From Candidatus Eiseniibacteriota bacterium (lineage in GTDB: Bacteria; Eisenbacteria; RBG-16-71-46; CAVPCR01): 64,000 nt of DNA. Below the pieces are notes generated by a model, which ran no database searches, had not been told where the DNA came from, and saw nothing but the letters and a program-made list of their open reading frames with translations. Position numbers and translations under genes: made by a program. Shown one piece after another: positions 20,228-30,526 of this stretch. How positions within the stretch are numbered: the stretch's first letter is position 1; the number at the start of each line of letters is the position of its first letter. The DNA is taken from the NCBI GenBank assembly GCA_963702435.1, contig CAVPCR010000001.1, positions 128,001 to 192,000 on the forward strand, given 5' to 3'.

Positions 20228-21484
20228 GTGAAGCTCGACCAGGAGGCACGGATGACGATCAGATGCCTGGCCGCGCGCGGCCAGAGTCAGCGTGAGATCG
20301 CGCGCATTCTTGGGGTCGGAGAGAGCACGGTGCGCTACCACCTCCAGCGCTTCGCCAAGGGGGCCACCGACGGCCGCGCTCGGCAGCCGCATCGGGCCGC
20401 GCGATGGTCGGAGGCGATTGAGGAGTACCTGGCCTCGCTGAAGGCGGGACCGGTGAACCTGGCGGCGCTTTATGACTGGCTGATCGAGGAGCACAAGTAC
20501 CCGGGGAGCCTGCGCAGCATCGAGCGGTTCTACCGGGCGCATTACCCGCGGCCGAAGCGGCGCGCCCGCCGGCGGGTGGAGACACCGCCAGGAGCGCAGG
20601 CGCAGGCGGACTGGGCAGAGTGGCCGGGGATGCGGATCGGTAGCCGCGAGGTCTACGCCTATCAGTTCCATCTGCGGTTGAGCTTCAGTCGGTTCGGGGC
20701 GCGAGTGTGGTCGCCGCGGAAGGACCAGCTCGCGTGGCACGCTGTACACAACGACGCGTTCCGCCGTCTCCAAGGGATCCCGGCGACGGTGCGGATCGAC
20801 AACGAGCGAACGGCGGTGGTGCGCGGTGCTGGGTGCTGGGGCGAGCTCAACCCGAGCTACCGACGCTACGCTCGTGCCGTGCGCTTCCACATCGACGCAT
20901 GTGCTCCGGGGAGCCCGGAAGCCAAGGGCAAGGTTGAGCGCGGGATCCGCAGCGAGCGCCAGCGGCTCGAGCTCCGCCGGCGCGACTGGGAGAGTTGGGA
21001 CGAGCTGCAGGCGTGGACCGACATGCGGATGCATGAAGAGGCAGCGCGCCGGATCTGTCCCGCGACCGGAACAACGGTGCTCGAGGCGTGGGAAGAGGAG
21101 AAGCCGGCGCTGGCCCCGGTGCCGCTGTTGCCCGAGCCGTTCGACGTGGCGATGGTGCGGCGTGTGGCGCCGGACTGCACGGTGCCGCTTGATGGCCGGC
21201 GGTACTCGGTGCCGTTCGCGTACTTCGATCAGCGGGTCGAGGTGCGCGGCTGTGCCCGGGTGGTGCAGGTCTGCGCCGAGGGCCGGGTGATCGCCGAGCA
21301 TCCCCGGCACGGTCGCGAGCGGATCGTCATCGATCCGCGACACTACGAGGGCGAAGCGACGGATACGATCTCGCCGCCGCTGCCGCTGGGGAAGATGGGC
21401 CGCCGGCTGGCGGAGATCGCGGCGCTGCCGCCTCAGCAGCGGCCCCTTGATCTCTATGCCGCCTTGGCGGAGGTGGCGCGATGA
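20228..21484 (+). CDS. istA: IS21 transposase
   Basis: ETPPGAQAQADW, RIDN, KGKVER, RYSVP motifs. Confidence 0.92.
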   Translation: MKLDQEARMTIRCLAARGQSQREIARILGVGESTVRYHLQRFAKGATDGRARQPHRAARWSEAIEEYLASLKAGPVNLAALYDWLIEEHKYPGSLRSIERFYRAHYPRPKRRARRRVETPPGAQAQADWAEWPGMRIGSREVYAYQFHLRLSFSRFGARVWSPRKDQLAWHAVHNDAFRRLQGIPATVRIDNERTAVVRGAGCWGELNPSYRRYARAVRFHIDACAPGSPEAKGKVERGIRSERQRLELRRRDWESWDELQAWTDMRMHEEAARRICPATGTTVLEAWEEEKPALAPVPLLPEPFDVAMVRRVAPDCTVPLDGRRYSVPFAYFDQRVEVRGCARVVQVCAEGRVIAEHPRHGRERIVIDPRHYEGEATDTISPPLPLGKMGRRLAEIAALPPQQRPLDLYAALAEVAR

Positions 21485-22263
21485 GTACCAAGGCCCCGGC
21501 CCCCAAGATCGATCTCGATCTCACCCGCGAGCGGCTCGATCGGGTTGGCCTCGCCCGCGCCGCCACGCAGCTCGACGGCCTGGTCACCACCGCGGTCAAG
21601 GATGCAGTCTCGCCGCATCGCTTCCTCGATCTCTTGCTCGAGGAGGAGCTCACCTACCGCGAAGAACGCCGGATCCGGACCTCGCTCCAGCTGAGCGGGC
21701 TGCCGACCGGGCAAACGCTCGCCAGCTTCGACTTCAGCTTCCAGCCCTCGATCGAACGGAGCCGGATCGAAACGCTCGGCACCTGCCAGTGGGTCCGCGA
21801 GAACCGCACCTTGCTGATCCAGGGCCCGCCGGGGACCGGGAAGACGCACCTGGCGGTGGCGCTCGGGGTGCGCGCGGTCGAGTGCGGGTTCGGCGTCGTG
21901 TTCTACCGGCTCGAGGAGCTCCTTGCTGCGCTGCGGCGGGATGCGGACCTCACGGCGGCGCGGTTGCGCCGCAAGAAGTACCTCTCAAGCTCGCTCCTCA
22001 TCATCGACGAAGTCGGCTTCGAGCCGATGACCCGGCAGGAGGCGAGTCTGTTCTTCCGGCTGGTGAGCCATCGCTACCAGCGCGGGAGCATCCTCATCAC
22101 AACGAACAAGGGGATCAAGGACTGGCCGGAGATCCTCGCCGGCGACGAGGTGCTCGCGACCGCGATCCTCGACCGCTTGTTACACAACAGTCATGTGCTC
22201 GACGTGAAGGGCCGCAGCTACCGGCTGCGGGACCTCGAGCGGGCCGTCACTCGGTCGGCCTGA
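21481..22263 (+). CDS. istB: IS21 helper ATPase
   Basis: GPPGTGKTHLA, LLIIDEVG, AILDRLLH, GRSYR. Confidence 0.93.
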   Translation: MSTKAPAPKIDLDLTRERLDRVGLARAATQLDGLVTTAVKDAVSPHRFLDLLLEEELTYREERRIRTSLQLSGLPTGQTLASFDFSFQPSIERSRIETLGTCQWVRENRTLLIQGPPGTGKTHLAVALGVRAVECGFGVVFYRLEELLAALRRDADLTAARLRRKKYLSSSLLIIDEVGFEPMTRQEASLFFRLVSHRYQRGSILITTNKGIKDWPEILAGDEVLATAILDRLLHNSHVLDVKGRSYRLRDLERAVTRSA

Positions 22264-23405
22264 GCTGGAGCGAACCTGGGTGTCGGTCCGGGGCGGGAGT
22301 AGGAGCAGAACACGTTACGCAGCATTCAGTTCCCGGAGGGACAGGTGCGCGAAAGTAGGTGTCGCCTTAATGCGCGAAACTGGGTGTCGCTTGACACCAG
22401 CGCGACCTGGATCGCTTCCTCGCGTTCTACAACCTCGAGCGGAGCCACCAGGGTTACCGGCTGAAGGGCAGGACCCCGGCCCAGGCCCTACGTGAGGCGC
22501 TGCAGCTCGAAGACCTGCCGGCGATCGTGCCGGCCGAGTCCGAGGAGACCATGGAAGAGGCTGCCAGTCCGGCGGCCTAGCAAGTCAAGCTGGAGGACCG
22601 GTGTCGGGGAAACTCGGTTCTTGTACACTCCGCGTACGCCAGGAGCGGCAGTGCGGAGCGGTTCGCATTGCCCTCTTCCTGCGCCGCTACCACCAGATCT
22701 ACCTCTTCCTCCCGACGATTCTCCGCATCCTTCGCGAGCACAGGATGCCGCCCATCTCGCAGAAGCGCTACCGCCCAGACCCCAAACGGCGCCGGGAGTT
22801 CGCTCTCCCAGGTCAGTCGGTCCAGGTCGACGTGAAGCACGTCAAACTCCAATCTGGACGCCTCTACCAGTTCACCGCGATTGATGAGGCAACCCGCTAC
22901 CGCGTTCTCAAGATCTACGATCACAACTCAGTCTGCTCCGCCATCGACTTCGTCGACGAGGTGCGCTCCCGTCTACCGGTCGCCATCCAGCGGATCAAGA
23001 CCGATCACGGCTCAGAATTCGGCACCGACTTCACCTGGCATCTCCATGACCTGGGGATCAAACACCACCACATTCCCAAGGGCTGCCCTCAAAGCAACGG
23101 GAAGGTCGAGCGCAGCCATCGGACCGACGAAGATGAGTTCTACCGCCGTCACACGTTCCAGACACCAAAGAACCTGCGGTCACTCCTTCGAGAATGGGAG
23201 CATGAGTACAACCACCTCCGTCCGCACCTGGCTCTCAAGGGCTCAACGCCTGCCGAGCGCCATTGCGAGTTCCGAATCGACCAGGCCGAGATCGTCAGCA
23301 AATCGGCTTGACTAGAACAGTCAGGCCACACCGGGCGCTTCGCCTTAGCCTCGCCCGAAGCGAAGCGGAACCGGCGTATATACCCAGGCGGTTGTTGGCC
23401 CCATA

Positions 23406-23666
23406 TCAAGGATTTATTCCCCCTTCATGCAGGTAGTCAACGACATTGCCGACCGTCGTCATCTTCTCCGCCACTTCGTCCGGGACCTCGATTTCAAACG
23501 CCTCCTCAAGAGCCATGACCAGCTCGACTTGGTCAAGGGAATCGGCGCCGAGGTCGTCAATGATGCTCGCTTCGCTATCAACCATGTCAATCTTGACAGC
23601 CAATTGCTCTGCGACCAGCTCCTGGACCCTCTCGAAAAGTGCCTGCCATCTCTTGTCGCGTGTCAT
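23406..23666 (-). CDS. acpP: Acyl carrier protein inside a cassette
   Basis: [27 protein letters not shown]; start overlaps upstream stop (ATGA). Confidence 0.85.
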   Translation of the reverse strand: MTRDKRWQALFERVQELVAEQLAVKIDMVDSEASIIDDLGADSLDQVELVMALEEAFEIEVPDEVAEKMTTVGNVVDYLHEGGINP

Positions 23667-25779
23667 TCCCTGCTCTCCTCTGCGCTTACGGCGAGTTTCT
23701 CCGCCCGTCCGACGTTCAGAAACGCTATGTCATAGAGATCAAACACTCGAAACACCTGTTCTCGTGAGAGGTCTTTCAGGCGATCTGTCGCTTCCTCGTA
23801 GCTGAGAAAAGCGAACTCCTCTAGCCGCTTGTAGCCACGATAACTCTTCGCAACTTCGAACGCCTTGAAGAAATAAACCTCCCGAATAAGCGGAAGCAGA
23901 GATTGGGTCGCTGCGTCGGCGGCAATCGCAGACCGGATGAACTGGTGTCGCCGCTCCGGCGTTCTGTGGCACCTGGCTGACCAGGTGTCTGCAAATTTGA
24001 ATAGCTGGCTCTTCCATGCGGGCGACAAGTGCGCCGTATTTCTCATTCCGTACAACGTCATTCCTGGAGGCCGTTATGTCTATTCGGTCTTCATTGCGCA
24101 AGTTGACAACTCCGCCGATGTTGCCAAGTCGACACCATTTGGGTAGCAAATCGAGATAGCGAACCTTGATCCCATTCATTAGGAGAAGTATGCCAGCATC
24201 GCCACGATCATCACCTGTCACGTCACTTTTCCTGCCCTCCTTGCCCAATGGGAATCGCCACAGATAGCCATATGACGAGCCAAAGGAAATCGGGTATTCC
24301 TCAGCCCTGTCATATTCGTGGTGCCCGAATGCAACCATATCTGCTTTTGCGAATGGTCGGTCCCCCAGTTCCTCATGAGCGCCCGATGGATAGTAGTACG
24401 CGATCGGTAAGTCGGTATGCCGGAACACGTCTCGGACATAGCGGATCACATCTTCAAGAGCTTGGTTCAATTCAACGACAACCTCGGTCCCCTGAAATGT
24501 CTCCTTTCTCTCCTCCACGTGAACGTAATCCCGGCAATCACGAATCGTCAGGTAGTACGTCGTCCCGTCGCCAGGTGACGTCTTGATTCGCACCACTGTA
24601 GCAACCATGAAGCATGAAAAGATGCCGATGCCAAAACGGCTAATCGGGAAATAGTGAAGGAGTTCTCTTTCCTCGGCGAACTTTTCTGAGGAGTAGAACG
24701 ACAAGCAAATGCGAACCAGGTATTTTTCAATGATGCTCATGTCCATCCCGGTTCCATTGTCCTGAACTGTGACAGTAGCACAATCATACTTCACAGAGAT
24801 AGTGGGTACATAGGTAGGCTGTCGGCATTTGCGAAGCAGGCACGCATCTATGGCATTTTGTACAAGCTCCCGGATAAAGGTGCGATTATCGTGATACAGA
24901 ATATCACCTACGATCATCGGCCAGAGGCTATTCTCGTCGATGGTGAACTTCAGATCCTTGTCGATGTATCCATCAGCTGCGATCTCAAACGAACATTGCG
25001 TGTACTGGATTCGAGGGTCGAGGTGCGTCGTAATCAGTGCCAGGAGCTTGTTGATCTTAGTTTCGAGATGTTTCAGACGGCGGTGAACATCCTTGTCGTT
25101 GCAACAGCACTCCACAAGAATGGTCTGTCTCAAATGCGGATGCCTGATGACACCTCCTATGGAGTAGTGTGTCTGCCATTCCCTCTTGCTGCTGGCATTC
25201 TGTGACAAACTCAGCAAGTCGTCGATCTGCGCGCTCCTTCGGGAGGTCCAGTTCGTCAGCAAGTCTGATGCATGCTGTGCAGAATCCCACATTCACGCTT
25301 TCCGTTCCATAGGCCCTGGACCCCACGAAGTACCTCGCGTCCAGCAAACCGGTGTGATGCTCAATGATTTCGGCGATCACACGGGCTTGGAACTCGTTCT
25401 CAAGACCGAAGTCTCGCCATCGGGCCCTGACGATTCTCGCACCTCGATGCCCGTGAGTGCGACGGATCTCTCCTGGCGACAGGATCGTTCCAGCAGCTGG
25501 CCGCAGTTCGGGAAAGTCGACCATCCCGATGTCATGAAGGTGCGCAGACGCAAACAAGAAGAAGGCAGTCCACGGGTTCTTCTGCAGAAACTGTCGATTC
25601 TCGGCGTCCAGAATCGTCGCGTGAAGTATGTCCAGAATCCTCTTGGAGTGTAGCCTCCCGTGATCGGTGAATTCGGGGAAAGTGACAAGTATCCGGTCGA
25701 GAAATGCGCCGCAGGCGGATTCGACGTTTTCAAGGAGGCGAGTCTGTTCTCTTGGTAGGCTCAGTTGCTCTCCGTTCAT
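23663..25779 (-). CDS. HD-domain + HSP90-like HATPase protein (frameshifts ~25205 and ~23960)
   Basis: [54 protein letters not shown] before ATG 25779. Confidence 0.75.
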
Positions 25780-25954
25780 TTGATCATCCTCTCCTCCGCC
25801 AATGCCCGCGATCACCCCAGGACTGCGTGCCGCGACGCACGCGGAAGCACGCGGCGTGACGTACAGACCGGCAGGTAAGTCGCATGGTCAGCCAGCGGTC
25901 TCCGCTACAGGTGAAGTGTGCAGCAGATCACCCGGGCTGATCCCCTCTAGGTCA

Positions 25955-26156
25955 GCCCAACGCTCCGGCAGAGCAGCGGCCAGCGCCAGGTTCAAACGTT
26001 GGCCCGTTCGAGCTCGCGCTGCGCCGGCTGACTGCTTCTGCATACCGTGGCGTTTGCCCAAGGCCATAGCGAGGTCCTCTCATGGCCAGGTCCTTATACT
26101 ATAAGTCTTTGCGGTGTCACGCAGGCAGTTGCGGCCTTTTCAACGGGCTGTTATCC
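25955..26156 (-). other. attC site containing a ~100-bp IS-end remnant
   Basis: R'' GGATAAC overlaps stop; L'' GCAGAAGC / L' GCTCTGC; R' GTTGGGC; insert 26050-26150 begins CAGCCCGTTGAAAA and contains an MALGKR start. Confidence 0.7.
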
Positions 26157-27353
26157 AGCGTCGTCCCCGGAACGGGCCTTTCCCCAATGCTGGAAGTAGT
26201 AAGCCCAGTTCTTATGAGTCGCCTGGTACACCCGCTCGAACATGGCCTTCGTCCCAAGGGAGACAGCCGTTCCTCCGATTCCGCCGATCACAGCGCCGGC
26301 TCCACCGCCAAGCACACCCCCGAGGGTACTGAACATCCCTGACACGACAGCAACGGACACCTCGCCGAACGTGTAAGCCCTCTCTTTGAGAGCGGAAAGC
26401 GCCCGCGTATACTCGTCCTGCAGGACTGTGAGGGCTTCCGTTGCATTTTGGGCGCGTGAACAGGAGAGCTGGAGCTGACGGCGCAGTTCCTGACCACTGG
26501 GGCTCTCCCGAAGGCGGAGAACGTCTTTGCTTCTCATGGGTACGGGAATGCGCAAGAGAGATGTGAACTGCTGCAACACCCGGTATTCCGTCTTCGGCGT
26601 CCAAGATGAATCAACTCCCAATTTCCACCGCACGACCTCTTCCAGAACACCGGCCATAGTGACTGGCAAAGCCAGGTACTGCGACGTGATCAGTGCACCG
26701 TTTACGTGATTCACCAGGTGATCCGGCTCTTCGATCGCTATGTCCTCGATAAGATCCTGCGCGCGCAAACGTCGGTACAGGTCATCGCGATACCAGCCGT
26801 GTCGTTTGAAGTCTAGGGATGCAAGGACCTTCATTAGGTTCTCGCGAGCCCAGAAGAAGCCCGGGCCTCCGACAGTGCCCGCCCCAGTGCCCCGCGGAAC
26901 GGCAATATAGGCGCCGCGCCTTGCCACATGAGCATGCAAGGAGTTCTGTGGATTCTCGAGAAGGTGAAGCACGTCACCTTGGTCTAGTGGCAAGACTGCA
27001 CCGTGGTCGTAGTACTCGATGAATCGCGACGCCAGTGGGTCACCCTCGTCTATGATCTTCCACAGCTCTGGGACAACAGTAACATCGAACAACAGGACGA
27101 GAAGATCGATGGCAGTCCTCAGGTCATCCAAACGGTAGCCAGCAAAGTACCCGTTGTGGCCGTGTAGACCGGTCTGTGGCGTTGGCTTGAACTGCTGCGC
27201 CGAAAGGTAGGCCCAGAGTTCGTTGATTTCCTCGTTGGTTGCTTCACGAACAAGTTCCCGGGCCACCCCCATTTCGCAAGAAGGGCAGGACCAGAGGCTG
27301 AGAGCAGGCTGTACCCATTCGTGATCGCAGAATGTGCACACCAGCTCAGGCAT
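26151..27353 (-). CDS. Cassette hypothetical protein with N-terminal CxxC..CxxC and C-terminal glycine-rich hydrophobic segment
   Basis: 400-aa ORF, AGGAG RBS, stop within R''. Confidence 0.8.
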   Translation of the reverse strand: MPELVCTFCDHEWVQPALSLWSCPSCEMGVARELVREATNEEINELWAYLSAQQFKPTPQTGLHGHNGYFAGYRLDDLRTAIDLLVLLFDVTVVPELWKIIDEGDPLASRFIEYYDHGAVLPLDQGDVLHLLENPQNSLHAHVARRGAYIAVPRGTGAGTVGGPGFFWARENLMKVLASLDFKRHGWYRDDLYRRLRAQDLIEDIAIEEPDHLVNHVNGALITSQYLALPVTMAGVLEEVVRWKLGVDSSWTPKTEYRVLQQFTSLLRIPVPMRSKDVLRLRESPSGQELRRQLQLSCSRAQNATEALTVLQDEYTRALSALKERAYTFGEVSVAVVSGMFSTLGGVLGGGAGAVIGGIGGTAVSLGTKAMFERVYQATHKNWAYYFQHWGKARSGDDAG

Positions 27354-27386
27354 GAGGCTCCTGTGTCAACTCTGTTGGTCCGGCTA

Positions 27387-29317
27387 ATCGGGATAGGGAG
27401 AAGCCTCGCGACTCCTCTCCTCCCACACCACCGCACGTACGGATCACGTATGCGGCGGTTCGGCGGATTCAGTAGTCGGTTCACACCTCGACCAGACCCG
27501 GCAGCCCCAGCGCCGCGAAGTACCGCGCAGGCAGTGCAATCGCGAGGGCTGGGCTCTGACTCAGACGCCACGGCCCGTGAGCCGACTTGGCGGTGTTCCA
27601 AGCCAGATCGCGGGAGATGCCCCGTTTCCGCAGTTCCCGGTATCCCCGGCGGCCCCATTGCTTCCAGTGGTAGCTCCGTAGCCGTCGCCGGATCCACTTG
27701 TCCAGATCGAGAAGCGGTGAGGTCACCTCGGCAAAGCCAAAGTAGCCTCGCCAGCCCGAGATGTACTTCCCGAGCTCCATCACGATCTGACGCATCGTGC
27801 GTCCGCGCGTCCGGCCCGTCAACTCGCGCACCTTCGCCTTGAAGGCCAGCAGAGACTTCGCGCTCACCTTCCGCCGGGGCAACCGGCCGCGGGTAAACGT
27901 GAAGCCGAGGAACTTCCGGTTCGATGGCCGGTCCACCGCGCTCTTGGCCACGTTGACCTTGAGCTTGAGCCGGCGCTCCAGAAAACGGGTTACACTGGCC
28001 ATCACCCGCTCGCCCGCGCGCCGACTCCGCACGTAGATGTTGCTGTCGTCGGCATAGCGCACGAATCGGTGCCCTCGTCTTTCCAGTTCCTTGTCGAGGT
28101 CATCCAGCAGCAGGTTCGCCAGAAGCGGCGAGAGGGGACCGCCTTGCGGTGTCCCTTCCCCTGTCGGTTCCACCACGCCTTCCAGGGTGAACACGCCGGC
28201 TTTCAGGAATCGGTGGATCAGCCGCACCACCCGCCGGTCCCGCACTCGCGCCCGCACCCGGCTCAGCAGGACGTCGTGGTTGACCCGATCGAAGAATCTC
28301 TCCAAATCAAGGTCGGTTACCCACGTGTACCCTTCCCGGATGTACGCCTGCGCTTGCGACACCGCCTGGTGTGCACTGCGACCCGGCCGAAAGCCGTAGC
28401 TCCACTGCGAAAACGTCGGGTCCCATTCCGCTTGCAGCACCTGCAGCAAGGCTTGCTCAACGAACCGATCAAGGACCACCGGTACACCGAGGTTTCGGAT
28501 ACCGCCCCCGGCCTTCGGGATCTCGACTCGCCGTACAGGCTGGGGTTTGTAGGTACCGTCCACCAGGGAGGACCGGATGGCTGACCAATGCGCCTTCAGG
28601 TGGGCCACCAGGCCGTCGACGGTCATCCCGTCGATGCCCGGCGCACCCCGGTTGCGTCTGACCTGGCGGAGCGCGCGCCCGAGATTCTCACTCGTCAACA
28701 CCCGCTCCATGAGGTCTGTCCCTTCCACCGGAGCGTCTTCTCCGCGTGTCCCAGCCGCGGTTTCATCCCCTGGATTCCCCAGGGGCAGCACAAGCTGCCT
28801 GACGGATGCCGTACTGCGACTCAACACGATGGTGACTACTCCTGTCCTTCAATCCCCTCTCGGGGCACCGTTCGGGCCTTCGTCCTGCGGCGTTGCGGTT
28901 CGGCCTATCTGTTGCCCCGCCTTTCGGCGTTGGGGTGCCTCAATAGCTTCGCCTGCCCCAGGCCTACTTTGCCCTCTGCTGACTTCTCCAGGCCGGTCGG
29001 TGCCGGTTACCCGACACCCAGTCCTGGCGGACGACCGGGAGATCTCCCAGGGTAAGACACAGAACATTCCGCGCGTAGACGCCGGATTTATAAAGCACAC
29101 CCCGCTGCGGATGGAGGACTTCGCGGTCACGTGCCCGCTCGTCCCGGGTGTACCACACCTCATATCCGGTTCCTGTTCGTCGCCCCGCGCTTTTGGATTG
29201 GACTTCCTCCAGACCCCACCTCGCGGTGACGCCCTTGTCCTTCTCCTAGCCTTCGGCTCCGCGATTACCTGGCACGGGGATTCCCACCCCGCTCGCTCTG
29301 TGTCATGCCTGGCACAC
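27387..29317 (-). mobile_element. Group IIC intron inserted in attC R' box
   Basis: 5' GTGTG at 29317; short D5 CCGCCGCATACG..CGTACGTGCGGTGG; 3' CCCGAT at 27387; exons rejoin as GT|TAGCC. Confidence 0.88.
27481..28827 (-). CDS. ltrA: Group II intron reverse transcriptase/maturase (class C-like, no endonuclease domain)
   Basis: GAPGIDG, PQGGPLSP, RYADD, GWRGYF. Confidence 0.93.
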   Translation of the reverse strand: MLSRSTASVRQLVLPLGNPGDETAAGTRGEDAPVEGTDLMERVLTSENLGRALRQVRRNRGAPGIDGMTVDGLVAHLKAHWSAIRSSLVDGTYKPQPVRRVEIPKAGGGIRNLGVPVVLDRFVEQALLQVLQAEWDPTFSQWSYGFRPGRSAHQAVSQAQAYIREGYTWVTDLDLERFFDRVNHDVLLSRVRARVRDRRVVRLIHRFLKAGVFTLEGVVEPTGEGTPQGGPLSPLLANLLLDDLDKELERRGHRFVRYADDSNIYVRSRRAGERVMASVTRFLERRLKLKVNVAKSAVDRPSNRKFLGFTFTRGRLPRRKVSAKSLLAFKAKVRELTGRTRGRTMRQIVMELGKYISGWRGYFGFAEVTSPLLDLDKWIRRRLRSYHWKQWGRRGYRELRKRGISRDLAWNTAKSAHGPWRLSQSPALAIALPARYFAALGLPGLVEV

Positions 29318-29372
29318 ACGCCGCGCATGAGCTGCGCGGCAAAGCCGCGTCGGCTCCATGCGCTTGTTATCG
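29318..29372 (-). other. attC (R' completed at 27382-27386)
   Basis: CGATAAC AAGCGCATGGAGC...GCTCATGCGCGGC GT|TAGCC; R'' is exact complement of cassette start GTTATCG (32487-93). Confidence 0.88.
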
Positions 29373-30526
29373 TCTTCTATCCCTGAGGAAGCCATCATTT
29401 GCTACTCGCCGATCCGCGATGCGCATCAGTGCGTCTCAGGCTCCTCCGGGTACCTGGTTCATGTCTCAGTCAGGACTTTCACCACATTGTCGGCAAGGGA
29501 ATCCAGGTTAGAGCCTAGCCGCCATCCAGTGCACCCATTGTGACAGAGGTCCGGATTGCGCAACGAGCGTCGCCGCCGGCTCAGCTTCATGGCAGTGCCC
29601 CCAAAGCACGGGATGAAGCAAGTCCTTAGCCCCTTTGACTCCTCGCTGTTGAGGGCCTCCGCGGCTTGGAACTCCTCCATCGTACCTTCATTGCCACCAA
29701 GTAGCAGGAGCCAGTCCTTGCCGGCCAGGTAGCTCTTCCTGAACTGCAGCACATGCTCCATCCACCTTGCACGGTTGTGCGCATCACCAAGTGCCGCCAA
29801 TCGAACGTCGCGGTCAACAGGGAAGATGCCCGCAATTTCGTAGTCCATGGTACAGCCCGTGATTGGGCATATAGCATCCTGGGCTATCCGCTTCTGCGCT
29901 GTTTGCAGAACCACCATACCTACATCCTTGACCTGCGGACATGCATAACATTGAACCCAGCCGCAAGGAGCTTCAGTGTGAGTGTGCGTGCGAAGACGTT
30001 GAGTTCACGGGGCCCTAACGTCCGGCCCTTCATGTCGTGTGGCCGGTTTCCAGCGATGAAGACCCATCTGCGTCGCGCCCGGCACAAAAGTGCCTGAACC
30101 AGTTTCTTTCGGTCCGAGAACACTTCGTCGACCAACTTCGTTTGCGGTTCTGTTCCTCCGTCCGCCGCCATCCTTCCCCTTGAGCAGATTGATGACTAGA
30201 TTGCGCAGATCATCTTCGGAGTATAGCTTGTAGTGGTATAGGTGGTGCGTGTAGGGAAAGGCAGTGATCTCCCGTTCGTCAATCCCCTCAACATGTGTGA
30301 TGAAGAACTTCAGGCGCAATGCGGCCGCAGCACCCGCTTCAAAGAGTACCCAGCGGCGAGACAACGACTGCCGACTGAACAGTGGGACGAAGGCCCGAGA
30401 CTGTCGGAGTCCCTCGTCGAGGATGCCGCGCTCCCATTCCTGCGGAGTCTCCTTGGGTAGGCTCTTTGGAGCGAAGAACGAGGACAGCTTCGCAGCAGAA
30501 AGCAGCGCACGGAGATCCTCGGCTAG

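Larger units (their letters stand above)
20109..22396 (+). mobile_element. IS21-family element
   Basis: IRs TGTAGAGCGACA / TGTCAAGCGACA; DR CCAGCG at 20103-08 and 22397-402. Confidence 0.92.
19609..22627 (+). mobile_element. IS481-family element B, 5'-truncated, interrupted by IS21
   Basis: QDTFYWG, LTDNGREF, TNGFVER; resumes after IS21 as RDLDRFLAFYN...TAG 22580; right end CTTGTACA 22627. Confidence 0.75.
19255..23319 (+). mobile_element. IS481-family element A (split by nested elements)
   Basis: TGT..ACA ends, 6-bp DR GTCAGG (19249-54, 23320-25); N-terminal HTH ~19370-19608 and DDE half 22628-23311 (VQVDVK, IKTDHGSEF, NGKVERSH). Confidence 0.75.
19235..23400 (-). other. attC-like site split by nested IS481 block
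   Basis: R'' GGCCAAC 23394-23400 right after ACP stop; R' GTTGGAG 19235-19241; hairpin imperfect. Confidence 0.55.
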
